Part shown: in pieces, positions 1-13,519 of the stretch
Layout of the letters: every line of letters begins with the position of its first letter
How positions within the stretch are numbered: the first letter of the stretch is position 1
Source of the DNA: the human T2T-CHM13v2.0 reference genome, Homo sapiens
Direction: 5' to 3' (one strand)
Assembly (NCBI RefSeq): GCF_009914755.1
Contig: NC_060930.1
DNA: 64,000 bases
The notes under the pieces: generated by a model
Database searches by the model: none
Told to the model about the DNA's origin: nothing
Seen by the model: the letters and a program-made list of their open reading frames with translations, nothing else
Position numbers and translations under genes: made by a program

Positions 1-112
1 GTTACCATTGGGGGAAACTGGACAAAGTATACAAGGAATCTCTATACTATTTCTTACAACTGCATGAGAATCTACAATCATCTCAATAAAATTCCAATAA
101 AAGCAAAAAACA
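1..112 (+). mobile_element. L1 (L1MD/L1MC-type) 3' UTR end, cut by window start
   Basis: GTTACCATTGGGGGAAACTGG...TATTTCTTACAACTGCATG...AATCTACAATCATCTCAATAAAA matches the recalled L1MD/MC 3' terminus, followed by an A-rich tail. Confidence 0.75.
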
Positions 113-283
113 GATAAATAAATAAATATATTATATATAAAAATATAGACAAAATATAGAGATTCCTTGTATACTTTTCCCAATGTGATGTCCGCAATTT
201 GATGACCCTGCAGTTTTGATGAGTACCATCACAATTATTATGTGTATATATAGTCACAATTATATATACATAATTATATATAT

Positions 284-1226
284 ATGGAAGAAAATTTCTG
301 CAAACTATGCAGCTGACAAAGGTCTAATATCCAGCATCTATAAGAAGCAAACACATTTACAAGAAAAAAAGACAACCCCATTAAAAAGTGGGCAAAGGAC
401 ATGAACAATCACTTTTCAAAAGAAGACGTATATGTGGCCAACAATCATATGAAAAAAAGTTCAGTATCACTGATCATTAGAGAAATGCAAATCAAAAACA
501 CAATGAGATATCATTTCACACTGGTCAGAATGGCTATTATTAAAAAGTTAAAAAATAACACATGTTGGCAAGGTTGTGGAGAAAAAGGAAAGCTTATATA
601 CTGTTGTGGGAGTGTAAATTGGTTTAACCATTGTGGAAGACAGTGTGTCAATTCCTCAAAGTCCTAGAGACAGAAATCCCATTTGACCCAGCAATCCCAT
701 TACTGTGTATATGCTCAAAGGAAGATAAATCATTCTATTATAAGGACACATGCATGTGTCAGTTCATTGCAGCACTATTCACAATAGCAAAGGCATGGAA
801 TCAATCTAAATATCCATCAATGATAGACTGGATAAAGAAAATGTGGTACCTATACACCATGAAATACTATGCAGCCATAAAAAAGAACAAGATCATGTCC
901 TTTGCAGGGACATGTATGGAGTTGGAGGCCATTATCCTTAGCAAACTAATGCAAGAACAGAAAACCAAATACCACATGTTCTCACTTATAAGTGGGAGCT
1001 GAATGATGAGAACACATGTTCACATAGAGGGGAACAACACACTGGTGCCTTTTGGAGGGAGGAGGATAGGAGGAAGGAGAGGGTCAGGAAGAATAACTAA
1101 TGGGTACTAGGCTTAATACCTGGGTGATGAAATAATCTGTACAACAAAACCCCATGACACAAGTTTACCTATGTAACAAACCTGCACATGTACCCCTGAA
1201 CTTAAAAGTTTTTTTAAAAAAGAAAA
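284..1226 (+). mobile_element. 5'-truncated L1PA (approx. L1PA11-13): ORF2 C-terminus remnant plus 3' UTR
   Basis: ORFs 401-667 and 631-1002 are frameshifted ORF2 remnants (CWQGCGEKG zinc-knuckle region; ends TKYHMFSLISGS); 3' UTR AATAACTAATGGGTACTAGGCTTAATACCTGGGTGATG...CTGCACATGTACCCCTGAACTTAAAA. Confidence 0.93.
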
Positions 1227-1794
1227 TCTGACACTCCTATTACCCTTGTTGCAGAAGTCACACCAGACGCATCTTCACCTCTTCAGTTACTGTTGGCCCT
1301 GACAATTAAACTTTATGCTTACTCTTGAGGTCTGTATCACACAGTTTTATGAAAGTGTGTTTTTTTCTTTTTAACCTTGCCAATATTTTATTTTTACTTT
1401 TTCTTATTAAAAGTTTTTATTAAAATAAAATATAGGATGGTCTGCTTATCCAAAGAGGACAGTTAAGATGGATTTCAGTTTATTTACAATTTTCGGTTAG
1501 GTCGATTGAGGTTGATATCTTGAAAGCATACTTTAAATCTTTTGATCATCTCTTGTTATATTATTAGCTTTCTTATCTCATAATCCTCCATATGTAGTTT
1601 TATGTGTGATCAGATTCATTCATTTTTAGAATATCATTTTGTTGCAATAAGAATGTTAATTATAACATGAAACATTTTTTGATCTGATTGCATAACAAAA
1701 TCAATGTTTTCATTTGTCCATGTTATGTTTTAAGGTTGCCCTTATGTGTATTTAACTTTTATACATTGTCAGCAATGTTATAGCTGTAATTTTA

Positions 1795-1879
1795 TTTTAT
1801 TTTCTTATTTCATTGTATATATTTATTGCATACATTGTGATGTTCTGATATATGTATACATTTGTGGAATGATTAACTC
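1795..1879 (-). mobile_element. Very short L1MA-type 3' end insertion with TSD
   Basis: ATTGTATATATTTAT...TGTGATGTTCTGATATATGTATACATTTGTGGAATGATTAA resembles the antisense L1MA terminus; flanked by ATAGCTGTAATTTTA (1780-1794) and ATAGCTATAATTTTA (1880-1894). Confidence 0.7.
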
Positions 1880-2069
1880 ATAGCTATAATTTTAAATTCT
1901 ACATTTTTACTTAGCATTATACCATGAATATTTTTCCATTTTTATTTCACACATTCATTCATTCATCTTTTATTCACTCAATTAACATTTTAAAGTTATT
2001 AGTAAGTGCTTGAGGGTAGATTTAAGGGGGAACTAGTGTCTTTCAACCCAGTTTAAAATATCCATTTTA

Positions 2070-2381
<312 letters not shown>

Positions 2382-4069
2382 GAATCCATTTCAAGAATGG
2401 AGAAAAACTAAAAGTGAAGATTACTTAGTAGTCAGTAATATTGCTCCTTGGTTAGAGATGTAAGCAAAGTTTATAATAAACTCACTCAAAATACCTTTGA
2501 CAAGTCATCCCAATACTCATTTAGTCCTTATTGATTCATGCAGACACCCATGGTAAAATGACGGATAGGAATACATCTTCCTGTTCTTATATTTTTGTGG
2601 ATGAAATCTTAACAGAACCATTGCCAAACCTGTCATTCAATGTTCCTCCAAGTGTTCAGTAAGCTAATATATGCTGAAAACTGTCAAAGTGATTCCAAAC
2701 ATTAAGGGAATCTGCGCGCCTCTTAGTAGTAGGATTTATATGCGCCAATGGACCAGGCTGGTCCCATCAGGAAGCTGGGCAAGAATTAGGAGGAGCACAT
2801 TCTTGCTATCTGAATGAAAGATATCTTGTTCACTGATATTCCAAAAGCTGACCCTCTAATGACAGTAAAAATCAACCCAGCCAGAGCCTTTGCTTCTACT
2901 GGAATTCCTCTACCCTGAAGCTAGAGAAGAATATAAAGAAGAATCAAAAATTAGGATAAGGAAGAATTTTCTGAAATATTGAGCATTCTGTAAATGGGCG
3001 ATGTTAAAGTACAGAAGAACATCATGCATTCAGAATGTTTGTATTTGCTCTCTCCCTTTGCCTCATTTAAGGAAAAGATGAGTTGTCACCAGAAGACACA
3101 TTCTTAGACACTCCCAGTTTCAGAAAGAAAAGCAATGTTTCTCTTTGAGGACATGGCCTTAAACGACTCTATCGTTGCTGACCTGAAGCTGGTCAAGTCT
3201 ATGTTATCAGGGCCAAGCACAGCGGTGATGGGGAGGATTTGGGGTCCTATCAGTCCATCTGAGAAGGAAGAGGCTTGCAAGGCAGGTGAATCAGATGAGG
3301 AACAGGCTACTGTTCCGTGACTGCTGAGAAAGAGATTGGCTGAGAGTTGGGGTTAAGCTTCCTGGGGAGAGATGAGCAGATGTGCAATCTGCTGCAGAGT
3401 TCTGATGAAAATGCTTTCACACAAGATTCCACCTCATGAGCAGAATCTCGGTGAAAGCCTTGACCCTTTTATTCAGTTCTCTTTCCAGCTGTGTGATAGC
3501 CTTTTCCTCCTTCTCAAGAAGACACACAGAAGACTTTAACCTCTTTCCTACCTGGCTCCTTGGCTCAGTTTTCTTGGGAAGTGAGCCTAGCCTTACTTGG
3601 ATGTGAATTCTGCAGTCCCCTGAGGGGTGCAGAATTCTGTTCAGGTTCTGGTTGTGAAAAGAAGTTATATGTCTTTTGTAAAGAGGGGCATTCCTGGGAA
3701 GCCTTGTCTACTCTGCAAGATGCTATGGGGCTGACCACATTCCTAGGCAATTTTTCGATGCTTTACATGGTGAAAGAAGCAAGTAAGGAAGTTAGTATAC
3801 AAGACTTTTGAAGTCTGGGCTTTGGAAAAAAGGATTCAATTGACTTGGATTTTTGTTTCAAAGGCTGGCAGTTGTTAAAGGGATTCTAATAGCTTTGTGA
3901 ACTACCCTCTCTTGTTTCTCTGAGATTGAAGACCACAGATTTGTTTCTAAAATAAAATCCATGGAATGCTCATATTCATGAGTGCTTTCTGAGTGGGAAT
4001 TCTCATGTATTTCTTTCTCAATCCATGACATGGGCTTACTGGGAAACATGAATGATGCCAAAAAACTAC

Positions 4070-4090
4070 ATATATATATATATATATATA

Positions 4091-4126
<36 letters not shown>
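4070..4126. repeat. (TA)n microsatellite, one interruption
   Basis: Directly visible TA run interrupted by a short A run. Confidence 0.95.
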
Positions 4127-4127
<1 letters not shown>

Positions 4128-5197
4128 TCTCATATGCATTTTGAGTTTCAGTGTATATTTTCTTCAGGTAAGGGCTGAGACACCTAAGTTATAAAAGCAA
4201 TATTTTGCCAAGAGCTCATCTGAGCGACCTTTGCAGCTGGGCACTTGTTCTCCTTGTGGAATTTTTTTGGTGTATAATTTTTCTTGCCAGGAGCTGTGAG
4301 TTTAGATGTAGCAGTATTAACCTTCCCTAGGGGACTATCTTTATGATCAAGGGGATCTTTTAGATCTGTTATGAAAGACCTGACTATCTGGGGCTGCCAC
4401 AACAACCAAACAAGTCCTGTATTCACTAACACAGTGTAAGCAAGTTCTGTTGGATTTAAAATAAATACTCAATCAAACAAACAAACAACCTATAAAGGAC
4501 AGGTTTAAGCTGAAAGGGGAAGTCTTGGGCCAAGGTGTCCAGTGGAGATCTCTGATGAAACTGGTGCTTTAGCTAATAGACCTGATTAAAAGCTATAATG
4601 TAATAAACCTCAAGGTAAAGGTAAGTTACAGCCTGGAGTGAGGTAGAGGCATGGGCAGCTGATCCGGCTAATCTCTCTGTCAGGGCCAGCTACATTAAAA
4701 ATTTGGATCATGCAAATAGGCATTTTTTTCCTTCTCATTGAAACCCTCATTCCCTTCCCCTCTACTCCACAGGAGCATGAAGTGGTTTATTTTGACTTTC
4801 TTTACAGACTCAAGGTTTTGTAGTGAACATTTATTGATCTTGCTTCCAACAAAATGTCTTTCATTTTTGTTAAACAATATACCTAAAATCTGTGATGTCC
4901 CAAGTAATAAATTTGTACTTTACATCTTTACAATATGCTAAACATGCAGTTAAGAGTGAGACCAACTTCTCAAGCTCCATTAGAGGCTTCATGAATTGCT
5001 TGAATTAAACTAGAAGCCAAATTCAGACATTAAAACAAAACAAATCCTCAGAAAATTCACATCTAGGATTCTCAAATCTTCACGAGGCTGAAATGGTTAT
5101 TTGTCATATTTTTTTCTGATTATAAGAGCATTATGTCTTTATTGTAAATAATTTAGAAATGTAGAAAAGGATAAAAAAGAAAGTAAAATTCAATCCG

Positions 5198-6910
5198 AAT
5201 CCATTTACAATCACACCAAAAAGAATAAAATACTTAGGAATAAATTTAACAAAAGAAGTATAAGATGTATGTACTGAAAGCTACAAAACATTGTGAAATA
5301 AATTAATGGAGATCTAACTAAATTAAAAAGACACCCCCTGTTCATGGGAAATAGTAATACCCCCCATGTTGATTTACAGATTCGGTGTAATCTGTGACAG
5401 AATACAAGCTGCCTTTTGGAGGGCAGAAACTAGAAATTCAAGAGACCTAGAATAGCCAAAGCCATCTTGAAAAAGAAAGAAGTTAAAGAGCTCACATTTT
5501 CTAGTTTCAAGACTTGCTACAAAGCTACAATAATCAAGACAGTGAAGTGCTGGTATAAGGCTGGACCTATAGATCAATGGAATAGAATTGAGAGTACAGA
5601 ATTATAAACCCTTACATTTATGTTCAACTAATTTTCAACAAGGCTCCCAAGACCATTCAATGGAGAAAGAACAGTCTTTTTAACTATGGGGCTTAGATGA
5701 CCAAAGAGCCACATGAAAAGAATACAATGGGACCTCTGATGCAAATAATGTGCAAAAATTAAGTCAAAATGGATCACAGACCTAATTATAAGAGCTAAAA
5801 CTCTAAAACTCCTTGAAGAAAACATAGGTCATAAATCTTCATGACCTTCGTTAGGCAATAGATTCTTAGATATGACACTCAAACCACAAGCAACAAAAGA
5901 AATACAACTGGACTTAATAAAACTTAAAAACGTTTGCATGTCAAAGGACACTATCAAGAAAGTGAAGAGACAACTCACAAAATAGAAGAAAGTACTTGCA
6001 AATCGTATATCTGATAAGAGATGTGAATCTAGAATATATAAAGAACTCTTACAACTCTATAATAAAAAGACAAATTACCTAATTGAAAAATAGGCAAAGG
6101 ATCTGAATAGACATTTGTCCTAAGAAGATATACAAATAGCTAATAAACATATGAAAAAGAGCTCATTAGTTATCAGGGAAATGTAAATCAAAACCACAAT
6201 GAGATGCCACTTCATATCCACTAGGATGACTAAAGTCAAAATGACAATAACAGATGTTGGAAAGGATATGGAGAAATTGGAATCCTAATACACTACTGGT
6301 AGGATTGTAAAATAGTGTAGTGACTTTCGAACACAGGCAGTTCCTTAAACTCCTTAAACTTAACATAGTTCATTAAACTTAACATAGAGTTATTATATGA
6401 TTCAGCAATTCCACTCCTGGGTATACCCAAGAAAATTGAAAGCATATGTCCACGTAAAAACTTGTACATGAATGTTCATAGCAGCATTATTTATAATGGT
6501 CCAAAAGTGGAATAGCAGAAATATCTGTCAGCTGATGAATAGACAAACAAAATGTGGTATATCAGGTAATCAGATGTTATTTTACAACAGAAAAGACCGA
6601 AATTCTGCAACGTAGATTAACCTTGAAAACATTATGCTACCAGAAAGAAGCCAGTCACAAAAGGTCATATGTTGTATGATTTTATCTATGTGAAATGCCA
6701 GAATAGGCAAATTATAAAGATGGAAAGTAGATTAGTGATTGCTGGGGGCTAGGTTTAGGAAGGAATGGGGAATTTCTGATAAGGGATACAGAGTTTGTTT
6801 TGCGTTGATGAAAATTAGATATTGTTGATGGTGTGCAACTCTGTAAATACACTAAAAACACTGAATTTTATCCTTAAAAAGGTGAATTTTCTGGTATGTG
6901 CATTTTTTCC
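5198..6910 (+). mobile_element. L1MB-type element (3' part of ORF2 plus 3' UTR)
   Basis: AAAATACTTAGGAATAAATTTAAC, TATAGATCAATGGAATAGAATTGAGAG, AAATCAAAACCACAATGAGAT, CAGCAATTCCACTCCTGGGTATA, 3' end AAAAGGTGAATTTTCTGGTATGTG. Confidence 0.9.
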
Positions 6911-7917
6911 ACAAGGGAAAAAGCACATAACTTTTAATATTTACATGCATTGGGGTCAAAGAAAAGTTGGTTAGAATTGAAGAGGTCAGATGCAGGGGCT
7001 TATGTACTCTAAAATAAGGGAAAGGGCTTGGACTTAAGGGAGGCCATTGTTTGAGATGATCAAACCAGAATGGTGTTTCTGGAGTGAGGTGCCATATAAT
7101 CTGTCTTTAAAATTCGCCAGTTTTCCAAAAAACAGGAGATTCACAGCAACCAATCAGAACGCAGTGCCTAGGCGAGCATAAGGAACTCCCTTCTGTGTTA
7201 TTGCTATAAGGAAATTAACTTTGCAATGATTCTAGAAAAAGGCAATTATATGTGTATACTAAATTTTTTGTAATTTTGTTCATTTTCATCAGGCTTCAAT
7301 TGTTCAGGAAGTATGAAACATATAGGTGAATGGAAAATAGGAACCATTTTATGAAATTCTTTATGCATGCTCATATTGGTGTTGACTGTATATTCAAGGA
7401 CAACGGTAGCCCTTCCCTCACTGGTATAAGGCAGACTACTTCCTCAAAGGGCAACCCATACCTTACTTTTAAGCAGATAAAACCCAAAACAGAGTAGATA
7501 ACTTTTTCTGTATCTGTTGAGTCTCAATTGCCTGTAGCCCAAAATAATCCTTATGTCAATGCGGCATAATTTGGGGGTGGGCCAACCCCAAGCAAGCTTA
7601 GATAGGCTATGGAAACAATGTACCTTAAACAAATAGACAACAGTTTTACTAACATCACACAAGTTTGATGATTATTATAAATATACTCTGAAAAGGTATT
7701 GCCAATATCAGCATTGGCTACAAGGTTGCTTTCCTCAAGCAGTGATGATATGTGAATTATATCACAAAAAAGCTGTTATTTAAAAAGACAAATGAGTTAA
7801 TCGTCACTTTGAAGTAAAGGTGCTACTTGTAAAACAAACCAACAAACCGCAACTCAATCTTATACCATATTACGTAGCGCTAACTGTCCTTAACAATACA
7901 CACATCCAGAACTTTTT

Positions 7918-7920
<3 letters not shown>

Positions 7921-7957
<37 letters not shown>
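7921..7957. repeat. (CA)n microsatellite, ~18 units
   Basis: Directly visible. Confidence 0.97.
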
Positions 7958-7959
<2 letters not shown>

Positions 7960-8062
7960 TATCATTTCCACAAAATTGTTATCAAACTGCATTCCAAGGC
8001 TTTTCTTCAGAGGAGAGCATAGCCTTTCCCCCAGGGATACCAAATACTGTTTCTGGAGAAAG

Positions 8063-8371
8063 CACAGTTTCTCCAGAAGGTGAGAAGTGTACCACTGGGG
8101 ATACTCAGGACGATTTTAACTAACACTTAAACATGTTTAATTTTGATAGTTATCTACTTATGTTAATGTGTATTGAAAAAATATAGTTAGCACCTCAAAT
8201 TCATGGTGGCATAGATATATCATCACTTAGGACAAAGATAATGTGGGATTCCATAGTTTAAAAACCAAGTCCATTTAAATAAAAATATTAAGCACATGAT
8301 AGTAGAGCTGGACACAGGCAGGGCAAAAACCCTGAAGTGGTACTGAAATAACTACAGTTTGAAAAACACTG
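8063..8371. mobile_element. hAT-Charlie-type DNA transposon fossil (family uncertain)
   Basis: Ends CAGTTTGAAAAACACTG (Charlie-type TIR); left part GTGTACCACTGGGGATACTCAGGACGATTTT resembles Charlie/MER MITE starts. Confidence 0.5.
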
Positions 8372-10109
8372 TTACAAAATGCATTCTTGAATCACGGCAA
8401 AGGATTTTGTTTCATGGTTACACCATTGCTCCATCTCTACTGATGGGCTACTGGGTTGTTCATGGTTCAGAATTGTCCCTCTGGTGAGTCTCTCCATAGC
8501 CCAGATGGAGTCCTCCTGGTCATGGCTGGCCAGGGGTGGTCACTGAAGATGAGGAAGTAGCCAGCTAAAGCTTTTCTAGTGATCCTCTAAGGGATCACTT
8601 ACATAAGTTCAGAAAGTACATTTACCTGACGGAAGTACTCGAGGATATTTAAAAGCTACCTATTCTCACAGTGATGTAAGAGACAAGAGACCAGGAGCCA
8701 TGGTGGGTTAAACCACTTCCTTTCCCCTCTGTTCTCCTCGCCCCCATGCTCTGCTCTCTCCAGGATTCATAACACATGGATCCTGGAACAGAGACAAGGA
8801 GGACTTGGGGCTCTTCCCACAGGACACCTCTTGCCCTCCTGGCAACCACTTCCTTGCATCTCCTGCCCATGCTCTTCCAAACACACAGGCTCAGAACAGC
8901 AAACCCACTAGGAAAAACCAGCTCTGAGAAGGACAAAATGCCTGATCTGTGTTTGAAACGCAACACCATGTATTTAGAAATAACCTGTTTTCAGGAAATT
9001 CAGAACAATCTTCTTAAAGTTATGCTGGAGCTAGCCAATTTCTCTTTTAGGGTCACTTGTTTGTATTAATAGAAATCCATCTGCATAAAGTGACAGTCTA
9101 CGTTCCTGTTCCCCCGTCTGTCACCAGATGGAGACTTGGTCAATGTGGGATGCTGTCTTTCACGCAGATGCCAGCATATATAAAAAGACAAGTTATTGGT
9201 GGAAATTATAAGAGATGGAGATTAGGACCATTCTAAAACAGACTTGGATCTCTGCTTTTGACACAGGAAATGTTGTTTACGCCATTTCAGTGGGATTGCC
9301 TAAAATATACCAGTTCCACGCGAAAGATAATTACTTACACTACTTACTAACAGATAATGCATTCTTCTGAGTACGTTTAAAAAAAAATAAAAAGGAAATT
9401 CTTTCAGTTAACACTGATATATCCTTTTCACTCACCTTTCCTTGACTATGGAGCCTTTTTAAAAAGTGAGCGGGAGAGGTCAGGTCCTTCCAGGAGCATG
9501 TTGACTGGAATGCAGCTCTTCCCTTTTTTCTCTCCACTCCCAACCCGGGGCTCTCGGCTCTGCTAAGTCAAACAACTACTGACACCCATGGACAGCTGCA
9601 TACAAATGGGGCTTGAAGCTCGGGTTAGAGCCCTGGCGGAGAAAGCAAAGAGTATGGTGTACAGATTTCAACATGACCTAGAAGAGCACTTGGAGAACAG
9701 CATTAGCCCCACAGGCTGAGGACCTAAAAGTGGCTGATCTTGGGAAGACTGTGGAATGTCCTTCCTGTTGCATTTTTATATCATAGCCAGAAGTCACCCT
9801 GATGTTTGCTTCCTGCATGATCCTGCCCTACAACCAGACCAATCCTGGGCACCTGAGCACAGCCAATGTGCAGCCCCTCTGTTTACCCAGGCCATTGCCC
9901 GGCAGCTGCAGGAGTTTCCTAGGTCATTTTCCAAACTCTTCCACTCTACAGAATTATAGCTCTCTTGTCTAGAGCCCTTGTTACCCGCTCTGGAATCCTG
10001 ACAGCTCCTCATTTCCTCTATCCCAAACCGTGGCTGGCGCACAGGGTTGGTTAGGATTACCTTTGTCCATAGAAGCCCGATTACACCAGCTTAGCCAAGC
10101 AGAAGGCCA

Positions 10110-10560
10110 TTTTTCTCATATAACAGGAGCTCCAGAGAGAGCATCTGTTTATGACTTCGGAAGATGCCTTAGGAGTTCATCAAGAACCGAGGCTTTTCCT
10201 AGTTTCTTGTTCTGCCATCTCATTGTGTGATTTTCATCTTTATGGTTACAAGATGACTTTTCCACTCCCAGGCCTCAAATCTATTTCCAGGCAGGTTAAA
10301 ATACACAGGGCAATGGGCACAAGCTGGCTAATGCTGTCCCTTTTTATTTCATCAAGAAATAATAATTTTTAGAAAGTGTCACCCAAAAAAACCTTTGCTT
10401 TTACCCTGGTGACCAATACTAGGTAACATGGCCACCTCTAAAATCGAGAGTCTAAGGAAGTGTTTTTACCTGGGCACTTTGTAGCCCCAAACAAAATTTG
10501 GATTCTGTTACAGGGAAGAAGGGAAAATAGATATTGGGTAATGCTGCAACTAGCTGAGGA
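10110..10560 (-). mobile_element. Old ERVL-MaLR LTR (MLT1K/L-like)
   Basis: GGTTACAAGATGAC, GTAACATGGCCAC and GGATTCTGTTACAGGGAAGAAGGGAAAATAGATATTGGGTA resemble antisense old MLT1 LTRs. Confidence 0.55.
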
Positions 10561-10959
10561 GCATGTTGGACTCCTTGAAACGACGATGCTCCCATATGCT
10601 TGACTTCCTGTGTCATTCCACCTGGCAGCTCCTAGGTGCACTGCTCTTTAGGACTTTCTTGATATTTTGGGTAGCTGGAATACTTCATCCATCTTAACGC
10701 TACTGTTGACCTATCTGCTGTAACCCTCAGCAGTCAACCCCATAGCTAGTGAAGTTCTGTGACATTTACTTTTTTTTCCCCAAACAGCTCATTTCAGTCT
10801 CATCAAAGCTCATATCTTATGGCCAGGACTGTATGAGTTATGACAATATGGGATCTCAAACAGGGTGGAAAGCAATGAGGATTGCAAGAATTAAGGAAAG
10901 AGTTTAATTCATCAAGGTGAGGCAGACACACTGGGAATTAGAATATGAGTGTCAAGTAA

Positions 10960-11340
10960 AAGTCCCTATCTCTCCTTAGCCCTCCACTCTAACCCCAGAG
11001 GCAATTTGTTTATTTGTTTCTGGTATATCTTGCCAGAAACTTTCCAACCCTACACAAAATATATGGTAGAATTTTTATAAGTGTGACACAAATGAGAGTA
11101 TACTAAACATCTGTTCAGTAACTTGATATTTTTCAGTACATAGAGATATACCTGATTCTGCTTTGTGTTACATTATATAAATGTATCAACAGTTCTTAAA
11201 CTATTCCCCTACTGAGGGGCATTTAACTTGTTTTCAGCTGTTTATCATTACACATAATGCTGCAGGGAACTGCTTTCTACAATAGACTTTAATCAGCTAT
11301 GTGAGTGTATGTGTTGGACGATTCCCCACAAATGAAATAG
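10960..11340 (-). mobile_element. L1ME-type 3' fragment
   Basis: CCCCAGAGGCAA..., TTCCCCTACTGAGGGGCATTTAACTTGTTTTCAG...ATTACACATAATGCTGCAGGGAAC typical of antisense L1ME 3' region. Confidence 0.6.
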
Positions 11341-12704
11341 AAATTCATATTTATTGAAAAGAATGAAATTGGAATTATCCCAGAAAATCTTGGTTGCATA
11401 GGCAAAATAATTTAAACTATTTTATGTGGACTTTTCTGGGACTTTTAATAAAAAATTGTAAGATTTCTTAGTATTACACTTATGCAAACTGCAGTGTGTA
11501 ACTGGCATGGAGATGTGAATAATTCAAAAGAGAAAACAAAACAATTTTGCCTTAAAATAGCAGAATTCTAGACGAAGTGTTGTAGATTTTCTTTCTAGGT
11601 TTTCTACACTGGAGGATGCCATCCTATTAGGATATTTGGGGGAAAATATTATTTTAATATTAAAAGAAACCTATATATATGATGGTATATAACTTGAAAT
11701 TTACATACATTTTTAGATAAACAGGAGCTTTTGAAGAAATTTTATTCTTGCTATCGACTGGTCTATGACCCTGATCTCTTATACATTTATCTCTGCAATT
11801 TGTGGTATGTCTGTGTCAAGTTTTCACTGGATGAACACAGAAATTTTTCCTTCCACTCCACGTTTGTAAGAATGTGTGTCTGTGTGTGTGCACAGGCAGA
11901 TTCAAAAGAACACTACAAAGGCAATTATATTGAAGTGCCAAACAGAGGGCTTGTGGAATCGGTAATGTTAACTCTTGTTAGAGTAATGTATTGCTCTGGG
12001 TTGAAGTTAATAAATGTTAAAGTCTAGGATAATACAATTAGATGTAAGCTTCTGAAGTTGTGGTTTGCTTGCCTCTGACTGATCTTAGGTCAACACAGAG
12101 ACTAGACTGTAGGATTTTGAAAATATATATATATATTTTTAAAGAATTTAAAAGAAATGATGAACAAAACTTTCTGTCCATATCAAAAGGACTTTCATGA
12201 TGTCTCCAAGCATTTGTTGAAACCAGAAATATAGCATTTCATAGGATATTTCCTAAAGCTTTAAATTTTTCTGTCATGCTCAAGGCCTGAGGAATTATAG
12301 CGATTTCTTTTACCTGTCCTGGTGTTATGTAAAAAGTAAGCCCTTTGCCTTGTTTGTCTTTGTTCCATGTCTCTTTTTATAAAGATGAATGATGACCTTG
12401 TGACTTTTGAACATCAGTGATGGGTTATTTCAGGACTTTTTCCCCCAATAGAGCTGCCTTCTTTTTTTTTTTTAACCTTTTATCTATTTTGGAGTTAAGC
12501 ATTGGCAGCATCACCCTAGCCCTCTTACTTTGGGAATGACTAAGAAAAAAAAAATCAACTTCTTAAAAGGATTATCTTTTTCATTCTTGTTTTTCTTTTA
12601 TACTTAAACCTCTTCATACTTCCCCCAGCTTTTTGTTTCTATTTGCATCGAAAATCTGTTTGACTTGGTGGCCAGTTGACATGCATTCCATTTCTGTTTC
12701 CAGA

Positions 12705-12850
12705 GTCATAGGCATCGTCAACATCATTTTCACAAATGGGGACACTGAGGCACCGAAAGCAATGAGGGGTTTTGCAGTGTCCTCAACGTGGTTTTTGACA
12801 GAAATGAAATCAGATGCATAGCTTTTATTTCCAACTATGCTCTTCCCCTT
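12705..12850 (-). mobile_element. MIR fragment
   Basis: Core CATTTTCACAAATGGGGACACTGAGGCAC. Confidence 0.55.
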
Positions 12851-13129
12851 GTTTCATAACTGGCTCCTTCTGAAGTCTCTGGTCCTTCAAGTGATGGGTA
12901 ACCAGCTGGTGACGCAGAAGTGGCTGTTGTATTCAGCCATCGACACACAGGAAGAGCTAGCTGAACGCAGAGGTGACCTTCACAGCAGCTCCCTATTCTT
13001 GGGGGAGGAGATGACCAGCCTCTTCAGTGATGCTAGCCAACCATCCAGCCTCACTCAACCAGACTCTGTTCTTCTGTTCTTTCATTACATCTAGACCTTG
13101 TAGTACTGAATTAAAGGAAGCCTGAGCCT

Positions 13130-13265
13130 CAGATGGAGAGTTGGGAAGACCTGGACTTTAGTCCAGTTCAATTAGCATAAGATTTGGGGCACCCTCTTAA
13201 CCTCTCAGTTTTCTACTTTGTAAAATAAGAGCTTGATCTTTTATTTTTAAGTTCTCTTCCAGGCC
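13130..13265 (+). mobile_element. MIR/MIR3 fragment
   Basis: GGAAGACCTGG...CTTAACCTCTCAGTTTTCTACTTTGTAAAAT...TAAGTTCTCTTCCAG. Confidence 0.5.
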
Positions 13266-13519
13266 TGTCGAGAGAATACAATGTCTGCCTATATTCTCTG
13301 ATTCTTATGAGCATAGGAAAGGCCAAAGAATTATGAAAAAAATAATTCTAAGAAATATCAATGTTCTTTTTGTCTTCTAATTTTTGTATTATTTGCTAAT
13401 TATAGTAAAGACAATTGTTTTATCAGGTTATTTTTTTAAAAAAAATATGTAAGCAATTCATACTACACTTAATGATGGGTTGTGTTCTAATTGGATTAGA
13501 AGGAAAAAAGCTATCCTTC

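Noticed and set aside
401-1002. ORFs with clear protein homology
   Set aside because: Frameshifted L1 ORF2 C-terminal remnants of a truncated element, not a gene
2715-2732. CTCF-like motif GCGCCTCTTAGTAG
   Set aside because: Mismatches at several core positions of CCACYAGRKGGCR; too weak to call
7145-7180. CCAAT box AACCAATCAG as a promoter
   Set aside because: No CpG island, GC boxes or downstream exon structure; a single motif is insufficient
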